The notes: a model not told the origin generated them from the letters alone. Counted from the whole stretch's first letter, positions 1-20,231 are shown. The stretch is 56,478 bases of DNA, filler included, from Fonticula-like sp. SCN 57-25 (GCA_001724245.1; 3 parts of 3 records of this genome joined end to end with filler, not necessarily neighbours in it), one strand, 5' to 3'. Made by a program: numbers and translations.

Positions 1-3448
<3,448 letters not shown>

Positions 3449-3525
3449 TCCCTGGGAGGCTGAGGCGGGATGACGTGCTACGTAACAGGCTTGTGGCACG
3501 CCTGTGGCCGTATTGATGCATCAAC

Positions 3526-6500
3526 ATGGAATCGGAGATGGCGGGCACTGCGCCGGACATGGATGCCGCGGCTGACACGGCCTCTGCGTCTACTGACGTA
3601 GGCGCGCCGAGCGCCGAGCCAGGCACTGAGCAGGGCTCTGAGGCGCAGTCGCTCCGTGAACTTGTGCAGGAAACGAGCGTCGCCGAGATTCCCGAAGCCG
3701 ATCTGCCGACGCCGCCGGGCTTCAAGTCGAGCCTGTACCCGTACCAGCGCGAGTCGCTGGCGCACATGCTGCGGCAAGAGCAGGGCGTGATGCTGCCCAT
3801 AGTTGAGAACGCGGGCCCTGTCTACGGCGGCGTTCTCTGTGAGGAGATGGTGCGCATCCCTCGCATGATCATGCGTGTGCTGACACACGTTGCAAGGGTT
3901 TCGGCAAGACGACAATATGCCTCGCACTCATAGCGATCTCGCGCCGCAAATCGACCAAAGTCCGCGGCGCGCGTGTACGTCTTTTGCTTATCTTTTTGTT
4001 ATTACGTGTGTGCTCACGGATCATTCTTTTTGCATAGGTCATTGATCTTGCCTCTGAATCGTCTCGCGGCGTACCATCGCTCCAGCATCTCGCCATGCTC
4101 GCCGCGCGCGCGCGATGCCGCGACGGCCTCGAAGGCGTCCCCGTCGCCCTCGAGCCCAAGCTTGCGCGCGTCAAGCCCGGCTACATTGACTCGATCTGCG
4201 TGAAGCGGCGCGCCGGGATCTTTGAGGAGCCGTACAAAGTTTACCTGTCGACGGCGACGCTGCTCGTCGTGCCGTCCGTCCTCGTGCACCAGTGGGTCAC
4301 CGAGATCAATAAGGTGCGCGAAATGTCGCGGCCGGCGGCTTTTTTGTGCTAAACAAAGGCCCGCAGCACGTAGAAGACAACTTTTTAAAGGTGTACGTGG
4401 TGGCGAACAATAGAAAGGGCGAGGTGCCCGAGGCGGCGGTGCTGTGCGAATATGATATCGTCATCACAACACATACGATGATGTCAATGGAGGCCTCGGG
4501 TGGTCGTCTTGGTACGTATTCGTGTTATGAGGCTCTATTGGGCGTGATATTTTACATGTGGGCATTGATGGTGAATGATACATTTGATATTGTTTTGGGG
4601 TCATTTTAGTATCATTTTGGGTCATTTTAGTGTCATTTTGGTATCGTTTTGGGGTCATTTGGGGTCATTTTGGGTCATTTTACTGTCATTTTAGTGCCAT
4701 TTTACTTTCATTTTAGTGCCATTTTAGTGTCATGTCAGTGTCATTTGTGCATGTTTGAGCTTACTTTCCGACCCGTTCTCCTCTAACCACTTCTTCAGAC
4801 CGCATGCCACTCCTTCAGCGCTGCATGTGCAGCTACCTCGGCCGCTCCCGCCGCCTCGCCTGCACGTGCGCCGTCCTCACCGCCCGCATGTCCTCCTTTC
4901 GCCAGGTCCACTGGTCGCGCATCATTGTCGACGAAGGCCACAACCTCGGCTCTGCCGTGTCGCAGTACACGTCGATGCTGTCGTCGCTGCCGGCGAGTGC
5001 GAGGTGGGTGTGCTCGGGGACGCCGCTGTCGCACGTGTCGATGAAGGATGATTTGCAAAAGCTGAAAAGCATGATTACTTTTTGCTTTGTACGACAATGG
5101 GGAAAGTGGGAAAGGGTGAGAAAGTGGATATATGGATGATGTTGATGATGTTGTTGATGTTGATGGGTGCTTGTGGTGTTGGTATCATTATGAGACATCA
5201 GTGTGACTTGAGTATATGTGACATCAGTGTATGTGCCATGGTGATGATTGACATTGAGTATTGTTGAGTATCATTGAATATCATTGAGTATCATTGCGTG
5301 ATATTGAGTATCATTGAGTGTCATTGAGTATCATTGAGTATCATTGCGTGATATTGAGTATCATTGAGTATCATTGTTCATGTTGATATAATGATACTTT
5401 ACCTTGTTTCACCATGATCATATCTCATTTTACCCACACTTTACCCTCCCTTCTAGGGCTACGATGACATCACCCTCCCCTCCCCCACCCACCTCAAATC
5501 GCACCCCCTCCTCCCCCCCCTCCTCTCCGCCCTCCTCACTCGCCACACCACCTCCTCCGTCCTCGCCCAAATACGCCGCCCCGACGCCACCGCCACGACC
5601 GTCCGCCTCGACCTCTACCCACATGAGCGAGCAAGGTATAATGTCCGCGTGGCCACCGTGGCGGCGAATATTGTGCTGTCGGAGGGTGAGCACGTGGACT
5701 CTTTTCTGCATGCGAGGAATGCCCACGTGGCGCAGATGGCGATGGCGGTGATTGCAGAGAATTGTTTTCATCATACGGTGCCGGCGGCGGGTGGAGTGGC
5801 GAGTACATTGGAGAACGTCAGGTGCGAAGGAAGAGGGGGGGGTGAATGGGGAAACAGAGGGAATGATGGGATAATATGTGGAATATGGTATTGTGTGGTG
5901 TGTTGGGTATGATTGTGAAGGTATCATGGGTATCATGGTATGATTATGATGTATTATGGGTATCATGGGTATCATGGATATCATGGGTATGATAGTGGGT
6001 ATCATGAGTATGTTTGGTATGATCATGGGTATCATTGTGGGTATCATGGGTGTGATTATGATATTGTGTATGTACTCTGATGTTCACGGTTATTGTATCA
6101 TGTCATTTGCAACTTCTCTACTTCCACTCTTCCTTTACTGATTCCCTTGCAGTCGCTGGTATGACACACACTCCTCCCGCCTCTCCCCCGACCAGCGCTC
6201 CTTTGTCTCCCTCCTCATCTCCATCCTCTCCACCAACCTCTCCATATGGGGCGCCGAACCACGTGACCCAACCGCCGTATCCTACAACCTCATCCCGTCC
6301 TGCCCCTCAAGCGAATCTGCCGACGGCGGCGGCCTTCCCTATGCTCTCTTCCCTACCCTCGTGCGACTGCAAGACGGGTCATATGCGGTGGGGGGTGGGG
6401 ACCTTGGGCAGGCTGTGGCGATGTTTAGAAAGGGGGCGGCGGTGATGGAGGCGAATAGGAGAGCGGAAGAGATCGAAAAGGAAGAGGGACGTAAAAGGGA

Positions 6501-8193
6501 AGAGGAGGAAAAGAAGGAAGAGGAAGAGAGGAAAAGAAAAGAAGAAAAGAGGAGAAAAGATAACGTTGATGTTGACGTCACTGATGATGTCACTGATGAC
6601 GTCATGGATGGTGTTGATGCTACTCGTGATGTCATTGGTAATGATGTCAATGGTAATGTTGAGGTCGATGGTAATGTAAAGGTCAATGGTCATGCCATGG
6701 AAGCAGGCAAGAGTGGGGATGTCAATGAGGATGATATTGATGTTACTGATGACGTCATGGAGAATAAGGGAACGGTCATTGATGACGTCATGAATGTCAA
6801 GGAAAGAGGCGAGCCGATGAGTGATATTTTGGATGTCACTGATGACGTCATGGATGATCATGGCAAGCGAGCGCCGGAACCAGTTGACAGTACGAATACC
6901 AAGTATTTATTGATGTCACTGATGACGTCATTTAGATGCACGTGATGCGAAGCGTGTTCACTTTGAACCCGAAATGGCCGCGGGGGACGCGTCCGAGCCA
7001 ATCGCCGTAACGGTCGCGCCGCCGCCGACGATCGACTGCGACGCCGTTCGCGGACTGCGCATGCGAGGCACAAGTAGTGCAAAATTGGACTATATATTGT
7101 CACAGATTCATGGTACGAAGTTTGTTTTGGCGTCTTTTTGGTGTTTTCTGACACATTTTTGGGTCTCTTTTTTGTGTCTTTTTGTCGTTTTTAGCGCATC
7201 CGTCTGACAAGTTTATTATTTTTACGTCGTTCCACAATGTGCTGTATTATATCTGCGAGGGGCTGAGGCTTGCCCACGTGCCACACGCGGCCTTTCACAC
7301 AGACATGGTGCGAATATGCCTTGGTGTACCACGTGGCCTGACACGTATGTAGTCACCTCACGTACGCTCTCACGTGATCGACACATTCAATTCGAACGAG
7401 AATATCCGCGCAATTGTCATGATCGTCCACCTTGCAGGTACGCAAAGTGTATCACTTCTAATATAGAATGGGGATATCTATTGATATATGTTCATGTATG
7501 TTCATGTATGTATGATGAAGTGTGTTGACGTATGTTCATGTTCATGTATGTTCATGTATGTTCATGTATGTTCATGTATGTATATTCATGTATATTCATG
7601 TATGGTCATGTATGTTCATGTATGTATGTCCATGTATGCTCATGTGCATGTTCATGTATGTTCATGTATGCATTTTACCCTATTTTACCCCATTTTACCC
7701 CACTTTCACCCCCGTTTCCTCCCCCACTCACCCTCTCTTAGCCTATGGCATGAACATTACGTCAGCAAACCGAATCATCCTCGTCGACCCAATCGGCAAG
7801 CGCGCCGTCGAAGCCCAAGCAATCGGCCGCGCCCACCGCATCGGCCAATCAAAAGACGTCCACGTGGAACGCCTCATTGCCCGCGGCACCCTCGAGGACA
7901 CGTCAGCCAATCAAAACACACCGCCAATGCTGCCTCTTTTTGTGAGCCAATCAGCGCCGCCCAAACTGGCCGCCCTTCACGCATCATTGCTGAGTCTCAT
8001 GCCTGTGTCGGCTCCACCAATGGGAGAAGAGAAATGCTGGGGACTATCAAGTGAAATATGGCCGTTTAGCGGTGTAAGGGCGGCAGAGGATAGTGTGGAT
8101 GTTGTGTTGGGAGTGGAAGGGAAAAAGGTGGCGAAAAAGACGGATGTGATTGCGTCGCAGGAGGCGAGTTTGGCGAAAAGTGATGGCAAATGA
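3526..8193 (+). CDS. SNF2-family helicase/ATPase (Rad5/16-like group); multi-exon
   Basis: LYPYQRESL; GGVLCEEM|GFGKT; TLLVVPSVLVHQW; WSRIIVDEGH; RWVCSGTP; GMNITSANRIILVDP; EAQAIGRAHRIGQSKDVHV. Confidence 0.88.
4590..4748. repeat. Degenerate ~11-bp intronic tandem repeat (GTCATTTTRGK)
   Basis: gtcattttagt/gtcattttggg units. Confidence 0.85.
5250..5375. repeat. 10-bp intronic tandem repeat (GAGTATCATT)
   Basis: Directly visible. Confidence 0.9.
5905..6065. repeat. 9-bp intronic tandem repeat (GGGTATCAT)
   Basis: Directly visible. Confidence 0.85.
7485..7672. repeat. 10-bp intronic tandem repeat (ATGTTCATGT)
   Basis: Directly visible. Confidence 0.9.
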
Positions 8194-8418
8194 AGTGATT
8201 TTAGATATATTATTCGATGTTTATGTCGTATTTGAAGGTATTTTATGGTGTGGTATGATACCAAATGAAGGGTTTATCATGGTGAAACATGATATCTACC
8301 TAGTTGTTGTCATCATTTTGACGCAAACATGATGTCTTTTGTCATGATTTTGATACCATTTTTGATAGTTTTCCATACCATTTCCACACTTGTATTCTAA
8401 TACATTCTATACAATCTC

Positions 8419-11555
<3,137 letters not shown>

Positions 11556-11617
11556 GATGCAACTTGAATGCTGACTCACCATCGTGCTGTTTCGCGCGCT
11601 TTTCAAACAACGCTGGC

Positions 11618-12920
11618 ATGTCGCGGCGGCCGCTGTTCCGCCCGAGCGACGAGGAGCGCGCTGCCCTAGAGGCCGCAGAGGAACCGGTTGGCAGCGCGCA
11701 TAATGAGAGAGACGATAGTGATTGGGATGACGATCGACCGGCGGGATTGGGCATTGGCGCCGGCGCGGCCGATGACGATGACGAAGAGGACGATTACATG
11801 TCGGACGCGCTGATCGCCGTCGCCGAGCGCGCCGATGACCGCCAGCGCTCCTCCCAGACGTACTCTGAGCGCCGCCGGGCGGAGCTGTCGCGGCAAAAGG
11901 AGCGCGGCAAGACAGAGTCGGTCAAGGTAATCGAGGCCAGAACGCGCGCGGAGGGGCTGGCGACGCCTCTCGGCACGGACAACAAGGGGTTCGCGATCAT
12001 GGCCAAGATGGGCTACACGCAGGGAAGCGGCCTTGGCGCAGAGGGAAGCGGGCGCATTGACCCCATCGAGATCCGCATCAGGCAGTGTGCGTCAGTGGGT
12101 AGGGTGTAGGGACATTTCGTTTGTTTTCCCGCCCATTTTGCCACATTTCTCTGCCAATTTTACTCATTTCAACGCATTTTTGTGCCCTTTTTCTCTCTTT
12201 TTCCCCCTTTACAATCACTTTTTAACCACTTTTCACCGCTTAGGCCGCGCCGGTCTTGGCCAAGCCGACCTTGTCGCGTGGGCCGCCGAGCTCAAATCGG
12301 CCGCCTTTGCCGACCGCGCCTCCGCCGACGACACCAAGGCGGCCGCGCTCGACTACCGCGACGCCCTCGGCTCGCGCTACGCCGAAAACGCGTTCGCCGC
12401 CGACGCGCGCGCACTGCGCAGAGTGTGCGAGCAGCTGGACCGCGCGGCGGGCATTGAGAATGAGGCGCTGTGGCCGAGGAGGGCAGAAAGGGCGGGAAGG
12501 GAAGAAGAGGCAAAGCGACGCAGAGTGGACGAAGACGAAGAAGAAAATGTGCAGGAAAGTGTGGAAAGTGTGGAAAATGCGACAGAAAATGTGTCGAAAA
12601 CGACCGAAAATGTGCCAGAAAATGCGCCAGAAAGTGTTGAAAGTGTGTCAGAAATGACACAAAATATGCAAGAAACAACACGAGATACATCAACAAATGA
12701 AGGTCAATCAGTGGAAACATTGCCGTCTACTGATGCCCCTTCAGATGATGCAGAGGCAGAGGAACCGCCACTTGACATGCTGCCGCCACGCGTACAGGTG
12801 CTCATTGTGAATGACTATTTGCGGCGTCAGCATCGATACTGCCTCTGGTGCGGCCTCGCTTACCCGTCAATTGACGAAATGGAGCGAGCATGCCCGGGAA
12901 CGACCCGCGACAGCCACTGA
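11618..12920 (+). CDS. GPATCH11: G-patch domain protein 11 (CCDC75-like) with C-terminal DUF4187-type zinc motif; 1 intron
   Basis: EDDYMSD; NKGFAIMAKMGYTQGSGLG; YLRRQHRYCLWCG...CPG. Confidence 0.85.
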
Positions 12921-13246
12921 AAACTAATATGTGTAACGTGTATAATATATTTATTTGTGGGTTAATGAAAGAGAATATGGAAAGGGGTGCCATTTGTGTA
13001 CCAAAAGTATAGTTTTGTCCACATGTACATACTTTTTCATTGCTGAAAGATCACTTTCTCATACCTTCACCCACTGTGCATCACATACTCACTTTACGCA
13101 ATCAATGTTTATTAATGGAATCATGGACACGTTAAAACGGGTTGCGCACACCACCGCCCCCCGACCGCCCCTCTGCGGCCCCACAAACAAGCGAACCAAC
13201 TCTCACAAACAAGACGCCAATCTCACCCTACTTACTTTTTCTTCTC

Positions 13247-15828
13247 CTACTCCTCCCTCCTCTTCTTGCGGCCCTTGTCTGCCGCCGCCACTGCCGTCTT
13301 CTGCACCCCCCCCTTGGCGGCCTTTGCCTTTGCCTCGACAATCGCCTTCTTCTTCTCCTGCAGCACCTTGACCTGCGCCGCCTTCTTGCCCGCCGTCCTC
13401 TGGATCTTGCGGTACAAGTGCCGGTCCTTCTTCTTCATCATGCCAATGGCGAGCTCGCGCTCCTCGTCGGCTTCGGCCTTGGCGCGCGCGCGCTTGCGGC
13501 TCTCAAGCGAGGCGGCATTGGTCGCAGCGGCGCCGCCCTTGCGCGCAAACTCGGAGAATTGCACGCCGGCGGCCTCGGCGGCGAGCTCCTTTTGGTACCG
13601 CGCCTCCTCGCTGTCATCTTCCTCATCATCCTCTTCATCATCATCATCTTCTTCATCATCATCATCATCTTGATCATCATCATCATCCTGACCGTCATCA
13701 GCGGCGGCCTCATGGCCATCAACTTGCTCTTCCTCTTCGCCTGCGTCGGCGCGCGCCTCGGTGGTGCCGAGGAACTGCTCGTCGAGCGGGTTGTACTCGC
13801 CGTCCTTGGCGACGACAAAGGGCGAGAGGTGGGGGGGGAGGGCGGCGCCGGGGGCGTAGGGGGCGAGGGGGAGGAGGCGGCGGGCGTTGACAGAGTCGTA
13901 GACCCACTGGGGCTGGACGTAGTCGCGCGTGGAGGAGGTGCCGGAAAAGTTGGGGCGGTCGACAATCTGGTGCGTAATGCGCTGAAGAGAAGAGAGAAGG
14001 GTTAGAAGTAAGAAAAACGTGTATAAAGTGACACAAAATGACATTGAACAAGACACTTGAACCTCCTAAAGTGACACAAAATGACACAAAATGACACTGA
14101 ACAATCATGTACATCCTCGTGAAGTGACACAAAATGACACAAAACAACACTAAAAGATCACTTTCCGTGCTCATCCCCTACTCTTTATTTTCCCCTTCTT
14201 CTTCACTTCTTTTCGTACCGAATCGTTCTCGCCAAACGGACTCGTCTCCTCATCCGCCCACCCGACACTCCCGCCAAACGCGCGAATCACAAACTCGAGC
14301 GACTCGCGCGGCACCTCACGTGACAAGAAAAAGAAGCGCCCCTTGAAGAGCGTCTCGTACACGCTCAGGTCCTCGGCGGCCTCGGCGTCGGCGGCGCCAG
14401 CGTCCTCGGCGTCGGCCTCATTCGGCGGGAAGGCGTCAATGCCGCCGGCCTGCTCGTCGGAATCGGAGTCGGCGGCGTCGGCGGCGGAGTCCATGTCGGC
14501 GTCCGTGTCGTGCGCGGCAATGTCGCCGAGGCGGCCCTTGAGGGTCTTGGCGCGGCGGTCGGTGGCCTTGCGGCGGGAGGCGTCGGGGGCGGCGATGCTC
14601 GCGACGCTAAGGTCAAGGGCCTCGGCAAGAGACACTACAGAAGATGTTAGCGGTGTTTTAAGAGTTAATTGACATAAAATGTGACACAAAAAGAAGGCAT
14701 TGTGACAGAAATGGCACATAAAATGTCATTTTAGAGCAGAAATTGACATAAAAAACATGCAAATTGTCCTCTTATAAACACACACTCATCATCAACTACA
14801 CATGACCCACAAGCTTCCCCTTTCCCACCCCCATGTCATTTCCCTTATAACGCACTGCTCTGGTCCTTGTACTGCATGAGCATGGCCGACATGCCCGCCC
14901 CGCTGGCATCGCGCCCGCTGTCGAGCACCGGCGGGTACACGAGCTGCTCGTCCGTGTACAGCTTGTAGTTGACGAACCCGAGCAGCGTCTCGTACAGGTC
15001 GAGGAAGGTCCGCATGACGCGGAAGTCGACCTCGCGCGGCGTCGAGAGCGAGAAGGGGTACGGCGTGATCCAGGTGACCGTCTGGCCGTAAATGTCGGCC
15101 TGGTAGTAGATGCCTTTTTATCATGGGTCAATATGGGCATGGGGGGGCAAAGTGAGCAAATGGGTAGGATGCGCACCCTTGATGGACAAAAAGACCTTGC
15201 GCAGCGAGTGCGTCACGACGACATAGTTGAGGAACTCGGCGGCGAGGCGAGAAATGTTGGAAAGGAAGGCGGGCGCAATGTGGCCGACCTTGGGCATCCG
15301 CGCAAACAGATACACCATGCAGAGCGCATCGTCCAGATCCTGAACGGCATCAATGAAGGTGGGGTACCTGGTAGAGGAAGAAAGAGAAGCAAAGAAAGGG
15401 AAAAGAGGAAAGAGAAGAATAGAATAATTAGTATGAAGGCGGCGGCGAATGTGAATGCAAGCGCACCGCTCCTTGACGAGATGGTCAAGCGTGACGGTCG
15501 GCTTGTTCTCGCGGAGCGAATCCGCGATGGAAACCTGGCGCTTGCCGAGCGCCTTGCGGAGCTTGCGCGCAAAGACCTTGAACTCGCGGAACTTGTTGAG
15601 GAGCGGCTCGTGCGCGAGGAAGGCAATGTCCTTTGCACCGTAGTAGGTGCGCGGCGCGGTGCTGCCCTTGTTTACCCGCTTCTTGTCCTTGGGCTCGCGA
15701 GGGTAGATGCCCTTCAAGATACAAAGGCGGCGAAAGTCCGCAAGGGAGATTTGCAGCTTGCGCACAGCGCGCGTGCGCGAGATGTACAGAGTCACCTCTC
15801 CCTTCTTCCCCTTCTTCTGCTTACGCAT
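13247..15828 (-). CDS. PES1: Pescadillo/Nop7 ribosome biogenesis factor with BRCT domain; 4 introns
   Basis: [77 protein letters not shown]. Confidence 0.95.
14025..14150. repeat. 10-bp intronic tandem repeat (TGACACAAAA)
   Basis: Directly visible. Confidence 0.8.
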
Positions 15829-16290
15829 GGCGGCGAGATGCGTGCGGCAGCGTGGTGGGCGCGATTCTATCTGAACCGGCCACGCGAGCTGCAAACTGCA
15901 AACTGTTAGATTCTGACCAATCAGATGCAAGGCGGATCAATCGAGCATGGTGTCAAAGTCAGACAAGGACAAAGGTGCATAAGAAGAACGGAAACCAACA
16001 AAGAACACAGCAAAATTTACAGAAAACAATTAAATATCACCTGGTAAACAGAATGTATTGAATTGGATCATTATTTTGCTGGTTTTTCAAAGATTATTAT
16101 GCTAAACCGCACATTTCGACTTGTTTTGTATCAAATTTTGCCACTTTCATGACCATTTACGACGCCTTTTCGCCCACTTTTCACCCATTTCCCCCCCTTA
16201 ACCAACAAATAATCAAATATAATGCTTTATTCCAACCAAACCAATGCTGACCCCTCCTCTGCAATTCACAAATACTTTCCTCCTCTGTTG

Positions 16291-16401
16291 TTACATGATC
16301 ACTTGCCTCCTGCACCACTCGCTGCCGCACTTGCACTCCATGACAACGTCGGCAGAGTCGGGCTGCCTCCGTGGCAGCTTGAATATCTGCTCTGGGTCAC
16401 T
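16291..16401 (-). CDS. 3' end of a probable SET-domain methyltransferase (post-SET motif), truncated by the contig edge
   Basis: Minus strand reads SDPEQIFKLPRRQPDSADVVMECKCGSEWCRRQVIM*, with a CxCx4C post-SET motif just before the stop. Confidence 0.6.
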   Translation of the reverse strand, partial: SDPEQIFKLPRRQPDSADVVMECKCGSEWCRRQVIM

Positions 16402-16501
16402 NNNNNNNNNNNNNNNNNNNNNNNNNNNNNNNNNNNNNNNNNNNNTTAATTAATTAANNNNNNNNNNNNNNNNNNNNNNNNNNNNNNNNNNNNNNNNNNN
16501 N
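16402..16501. other. Artificial contig-joining spacer
   Basis: N44 + TTAATTAATTAA (stops in all six frames) + N44; genes on both sides are truncated. Confidence 0.95.
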
Positions 16502-17516
16502 ACGGCCGCACGTCAGGTATGCCTATAGTAGTTTTCGTTTGTTTGTATCGTGTATGTGCTCCTAACGAATGCCAACCATGTAGGAGGTTACGCACGATGT
16601 GCTCGAATTCCTCGCTGAACTGCGCAAGCATGTCGTAATCGGTTTTGTGGGTGGCTCTGACCTCCCCAAGCAGCTGGAGCAGCTTGGCGCGAACGGTACG
16701 TATTGCCTGTTTAAATGAAGCGCGTCTTACGGACAATTGGTGTTCATTAGCTCTTGCCATGTTTGATTTTGCCTTTGCTGAGAATGGCCTCACCGCGTAT
16801 CGTAAGCAAGTTCCTTTGCCCGCGCAAAGCTTCATCAACCACATTGGTGAGGAACGCTACCAAGAGCTCGTTAACTTTATTCTTCGCTACGTTGCTGACC
16901 TCAAAATCCCGAAAAAGCGGTGCGGTTACCGGTCGCTTTTGCCGATGGTTTGCTCAACTGCGTCTGCAGTGGCACTTTTGTCGAGTACCGCCGGGGCATG
17001 ATCAATGTTTCCCCGATCGGCCGCAACTGCTCGTGCGTACCGCGGCTCTTTGATTCAATGTGTAACATAGGTGTCAATATAGGAAAGAGGAGCGAGACGA
17101 GTTTGAGGCGTATGACAAGGTGCGTTCGTTTCTTTGCCCCAGTTAACTCACAGCGGCGAGCAGATTCACGGCATTCGGAGCACTATGGTGGAAAAATTAA
17201 AAGAAAAGTTCGCTGATTTTGGTCTCACGTTCAGTATTGGTACGGCCTGTTGCTCTCGTATTTGACATCAAAGCTGACTTTTTGCATGATGGTAGGAGGC
17301 CAGATCTCGTTTGACGTGTTCCCGACGGGCTGGGACAAGACGTACTGCTTGCGCTTCCTTGAAAACGAGGGTTTTGACACAATCCACTTTTGTGGAGACA
17401 AGACCTTTAAAGGGGGCAACGATTATGAGATCTTTACCCATTCTTCGGTCACCGGTCACACAGTGCAGAGCCCGCAGGACACCATGCAATGCATGAAGGC
17501 GCTCTTTTTCAAGTAG
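16502..17516 (+). CDS. PMM: Phosphomannomutase (PMM/SEC53, HAD family); 5'-truncated; short introns
   Basis: [75 protein letters not shown]. Confidence 0.95.
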
Positions 17517-17637
17517 GGGTATTGCTCTGAAAGTGTCCCATATTTATCCATCCCTTATCATTTGTTTGACGCAACGTAATAATATATCAACATTACTATG
17601 AAAAATATCTACCATTCATCTCTGCGCAAAGCGTATA

Positions 17638-19427
17638 TCACTTTGCTTTCTTGGAATTCTTCTCGGCCCTCTTTTTCACGTGCTTGGGAAGCTTGTTCTT
17701 ACGCCGTTCCCTGTTTGCCTCCTTGACCGCCTTTTTATGAGCCTTCTTGTCTAGTGCGGCCGGTCCACTTGCACCTTCCGCCTCGTCTGCCTCCTCCTCA
17801 CTGTCAGACTCGGAACCTGAAGCGCTGTCAGGCTCGGCAGAAGGCGTTGCGGCACTCTCTGCCGCGTCGGTTGCCGCATCGGCGGTTGATGAAGGTGACG
17901 CCACCTGGGCCCCCTCTGTTGGTTGCTCCGACGCAACGCCGGTGAGACTGCGGTACAAAAGGTCGTCGGCATTGCCCTTGAACACCTTGAGAGAATCACG
18001 CTCGGCGTCCACAACTTCAAAAAGAGAACGTGGGATAAAAGAACGCTTAAAAACCTCCTCCTCCATGCGTAGCTCGTGGCTCTCGGCATAGTCAGCCGGC
18101 CGCGCATCAAGCTCAATACGCTTCTGTGCCATCAAAGCGCGAATCCCATCGTCGTCATTGGGCAGTTCCAGGCTTGTGACGAAATCAAAAAGCTCGCGAA
18201 CAGTAAAAACGGCGACACCGCGCTTGCTGAAGAAGTCGTTCACGTTCGTGACATCCGTGCGCAAGAAATCAAGGGCGTGCGGATGGTCGTGCTCCACCGA
18301 TTGCGAAACGTCAATGATGTAGAGCGTGCTACGCCAATACAATATGTTGTATTCGCTCAAGTCGGCGTGTACGAGGCGACAACGCTGGAATAGCACGCGC
18401 ATCGAATGAACCAATTGGTCGTAGAGCGCAGGAAGCTTAGCAGCGTCGATACTCGCGTCCTTTAGACGAGGCGCGGGCCATCCGTCCTTGCCCACAAACG
18501 ACATGACAAGGACATGCTGGCGGAGCTTTATGGGCTCTGGGCAGGGGATACCTGCCAACATCAGGCTGCGTCGGAATCGTGAGCACAAGCAATACCCACC
18601 TAGCACCAAACTGCGTACCGTCTCAAGTTTCGCATCTCCTTCTCTGCCCAGACCTTGACCATCTGGCGTGGGTTGTGTTTGCCATACCCGTGCCTGAAGC
18701 GGAATTCGCCTGTAACGTAACGATCGCGGTCCTTAAAAACGAGAATGGAGGTCTTGTAGACCTTGATTGCGCGCTCCTCCCCAGCAGCCGTGCGTGCATG
18801 ATACACGTTCGCTTCCTTGCCCGTGCTTACGCAGCCGTTAATTTCCTCAATGAGGTTCTGGGCCAACATCTTGAAGAGGATCATGCGTGTCCGCGGGTCC
18901 AGCACCTGCTCGACCGTCGCACGGTCAGACTTGTCCCTAAGCTGGGCCTTTTCTCCTTCAGCCTTGCGGGAGCCAGTGCTGCCAGCCTTAAAGTCGGACA
19001 TCATTGTCACGTTAAGACGGTTTTGAAATCTAGCAAAGTCAAGCGGCTGCATGGCTTGCTTGGCGCCGCTCGATGGGTTGGCTTTCTGCTCCTGCTGCTG
19101 GCGCTGCTGCTGCTTTTGCTGCCGAGCCTGCGCGGCCTGCTGCTGGAACTCTGACGTATTCCCGACACCTCCCTCCTTCATACGCGCATACCGCTTGGTG
19201 AGGTCTCCGGTCGCACCCTGGAACACCTCGTCATAAAAGACGGGCTCGCCCTCCTCGCTGTCGTCGGCGTCGACGTCGACCAGGAAGTCTTCGTCTTCAA
19301 GGTCCGCATCAGAATCGCTATCTAACCGCTCGTTCGCGGTAGCCTCTTGATCACCAGACACAAAACGACCCGCAGACGCAAGCGTTAGGGCTTCTGTCCC
19401 CTCCACTGCATCCTCAAACTCGTCCAT
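17638..19427 (-). CDS. RIOK1: RIO1 atypical kinase; 1 intron
   Basis: [67 protein letters not shown]. Confidence 0.96.
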
Positions 19428-19663
19428 GATTCTACCCCACGATGCTGCCAAACTCGCAGCAAACGCGTGGCGATGGACTATTGCAAACTGGGTTAAGTTT
19501 GCATCCGAAGGTCAACGTCACCCACACACCGATTCTACCAACCCAACCACCCAGACCCAGTCAACGTCGTTCGCAAGCACACTTGGTCTCTGCCGGCAAA
19601 CGGTTTTCAAACATCATCGTCTTTCTTCGCTTGCCGGTTATTCCCGGCCACTGGGCGCCTGTG

Positions 19664-20134
19664 ATGCTTGGAGTTCGTCGTACGCTTGGCACAACGCTGC
19701 GGGCCGGTGCGGCCGAGCGCAGCTACTCATTCTACGACCTGGCCGTTCGGTATGCGTCAATTGGCCGGCCGTCAGTGGTCTCGAGCCCAATGCCGAAAAC
19801 GGTGGGCGACATTGTGCGCCAAGTACGAGGCGACATGTCTATTGCCCCTCCTGAGGCAAAGGCAACTATGTACGCGCGACGCCCACAAGCTGCTGTGAGT
19901 ACTGACGATTTGTCATTCGAACAGGATGGTTGAGGGGAACCCAATCGAGTGCTGCATGAGTGGCTGTAGGCACTGTGTGCTGGACGACCACCGCGCCAAA
20001 GCGCTTCCTTCGTCTGATACCGTGGTGCGCATTACTCTCCCTTTATAGTGTTCTCACGCTCCTTGCGGCAGATGAAGGCTGGCCTTAGCGCATTCGAAGA
20101 GTTGGAACGCAAGCTAAAGGAAAGTTCAAGTTGA
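19664..20134 (+). CDS. Oxidoreductase-like domain protein (OXLD1/UPF0651-like), probably mitochondrial; 2 introns
   Basis: Presequence-like MLGVRRTLG; spliced exon PIECCMSGCRHCVLD; C-terminal SAFEELERKLK. Confidence 0.75.
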
Positions 20135-20231
20135 ATTATCTCTTTTGCGTGCAGACTTTATTCTTTCGTGCTCTGTACTTTAAAATGTTTTGCCATTATG
20201 TGATTATGTAATTACTAGAAATATAACACCA

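Noticed and set aside
16446-16457. TTAATTAATTAA palindrome within N runs (also 39622-39633)
   Set aside because: Identical N padding and six-frame stops mark an artificial linker, not a TTAA target site; adjacency across it is meaningless
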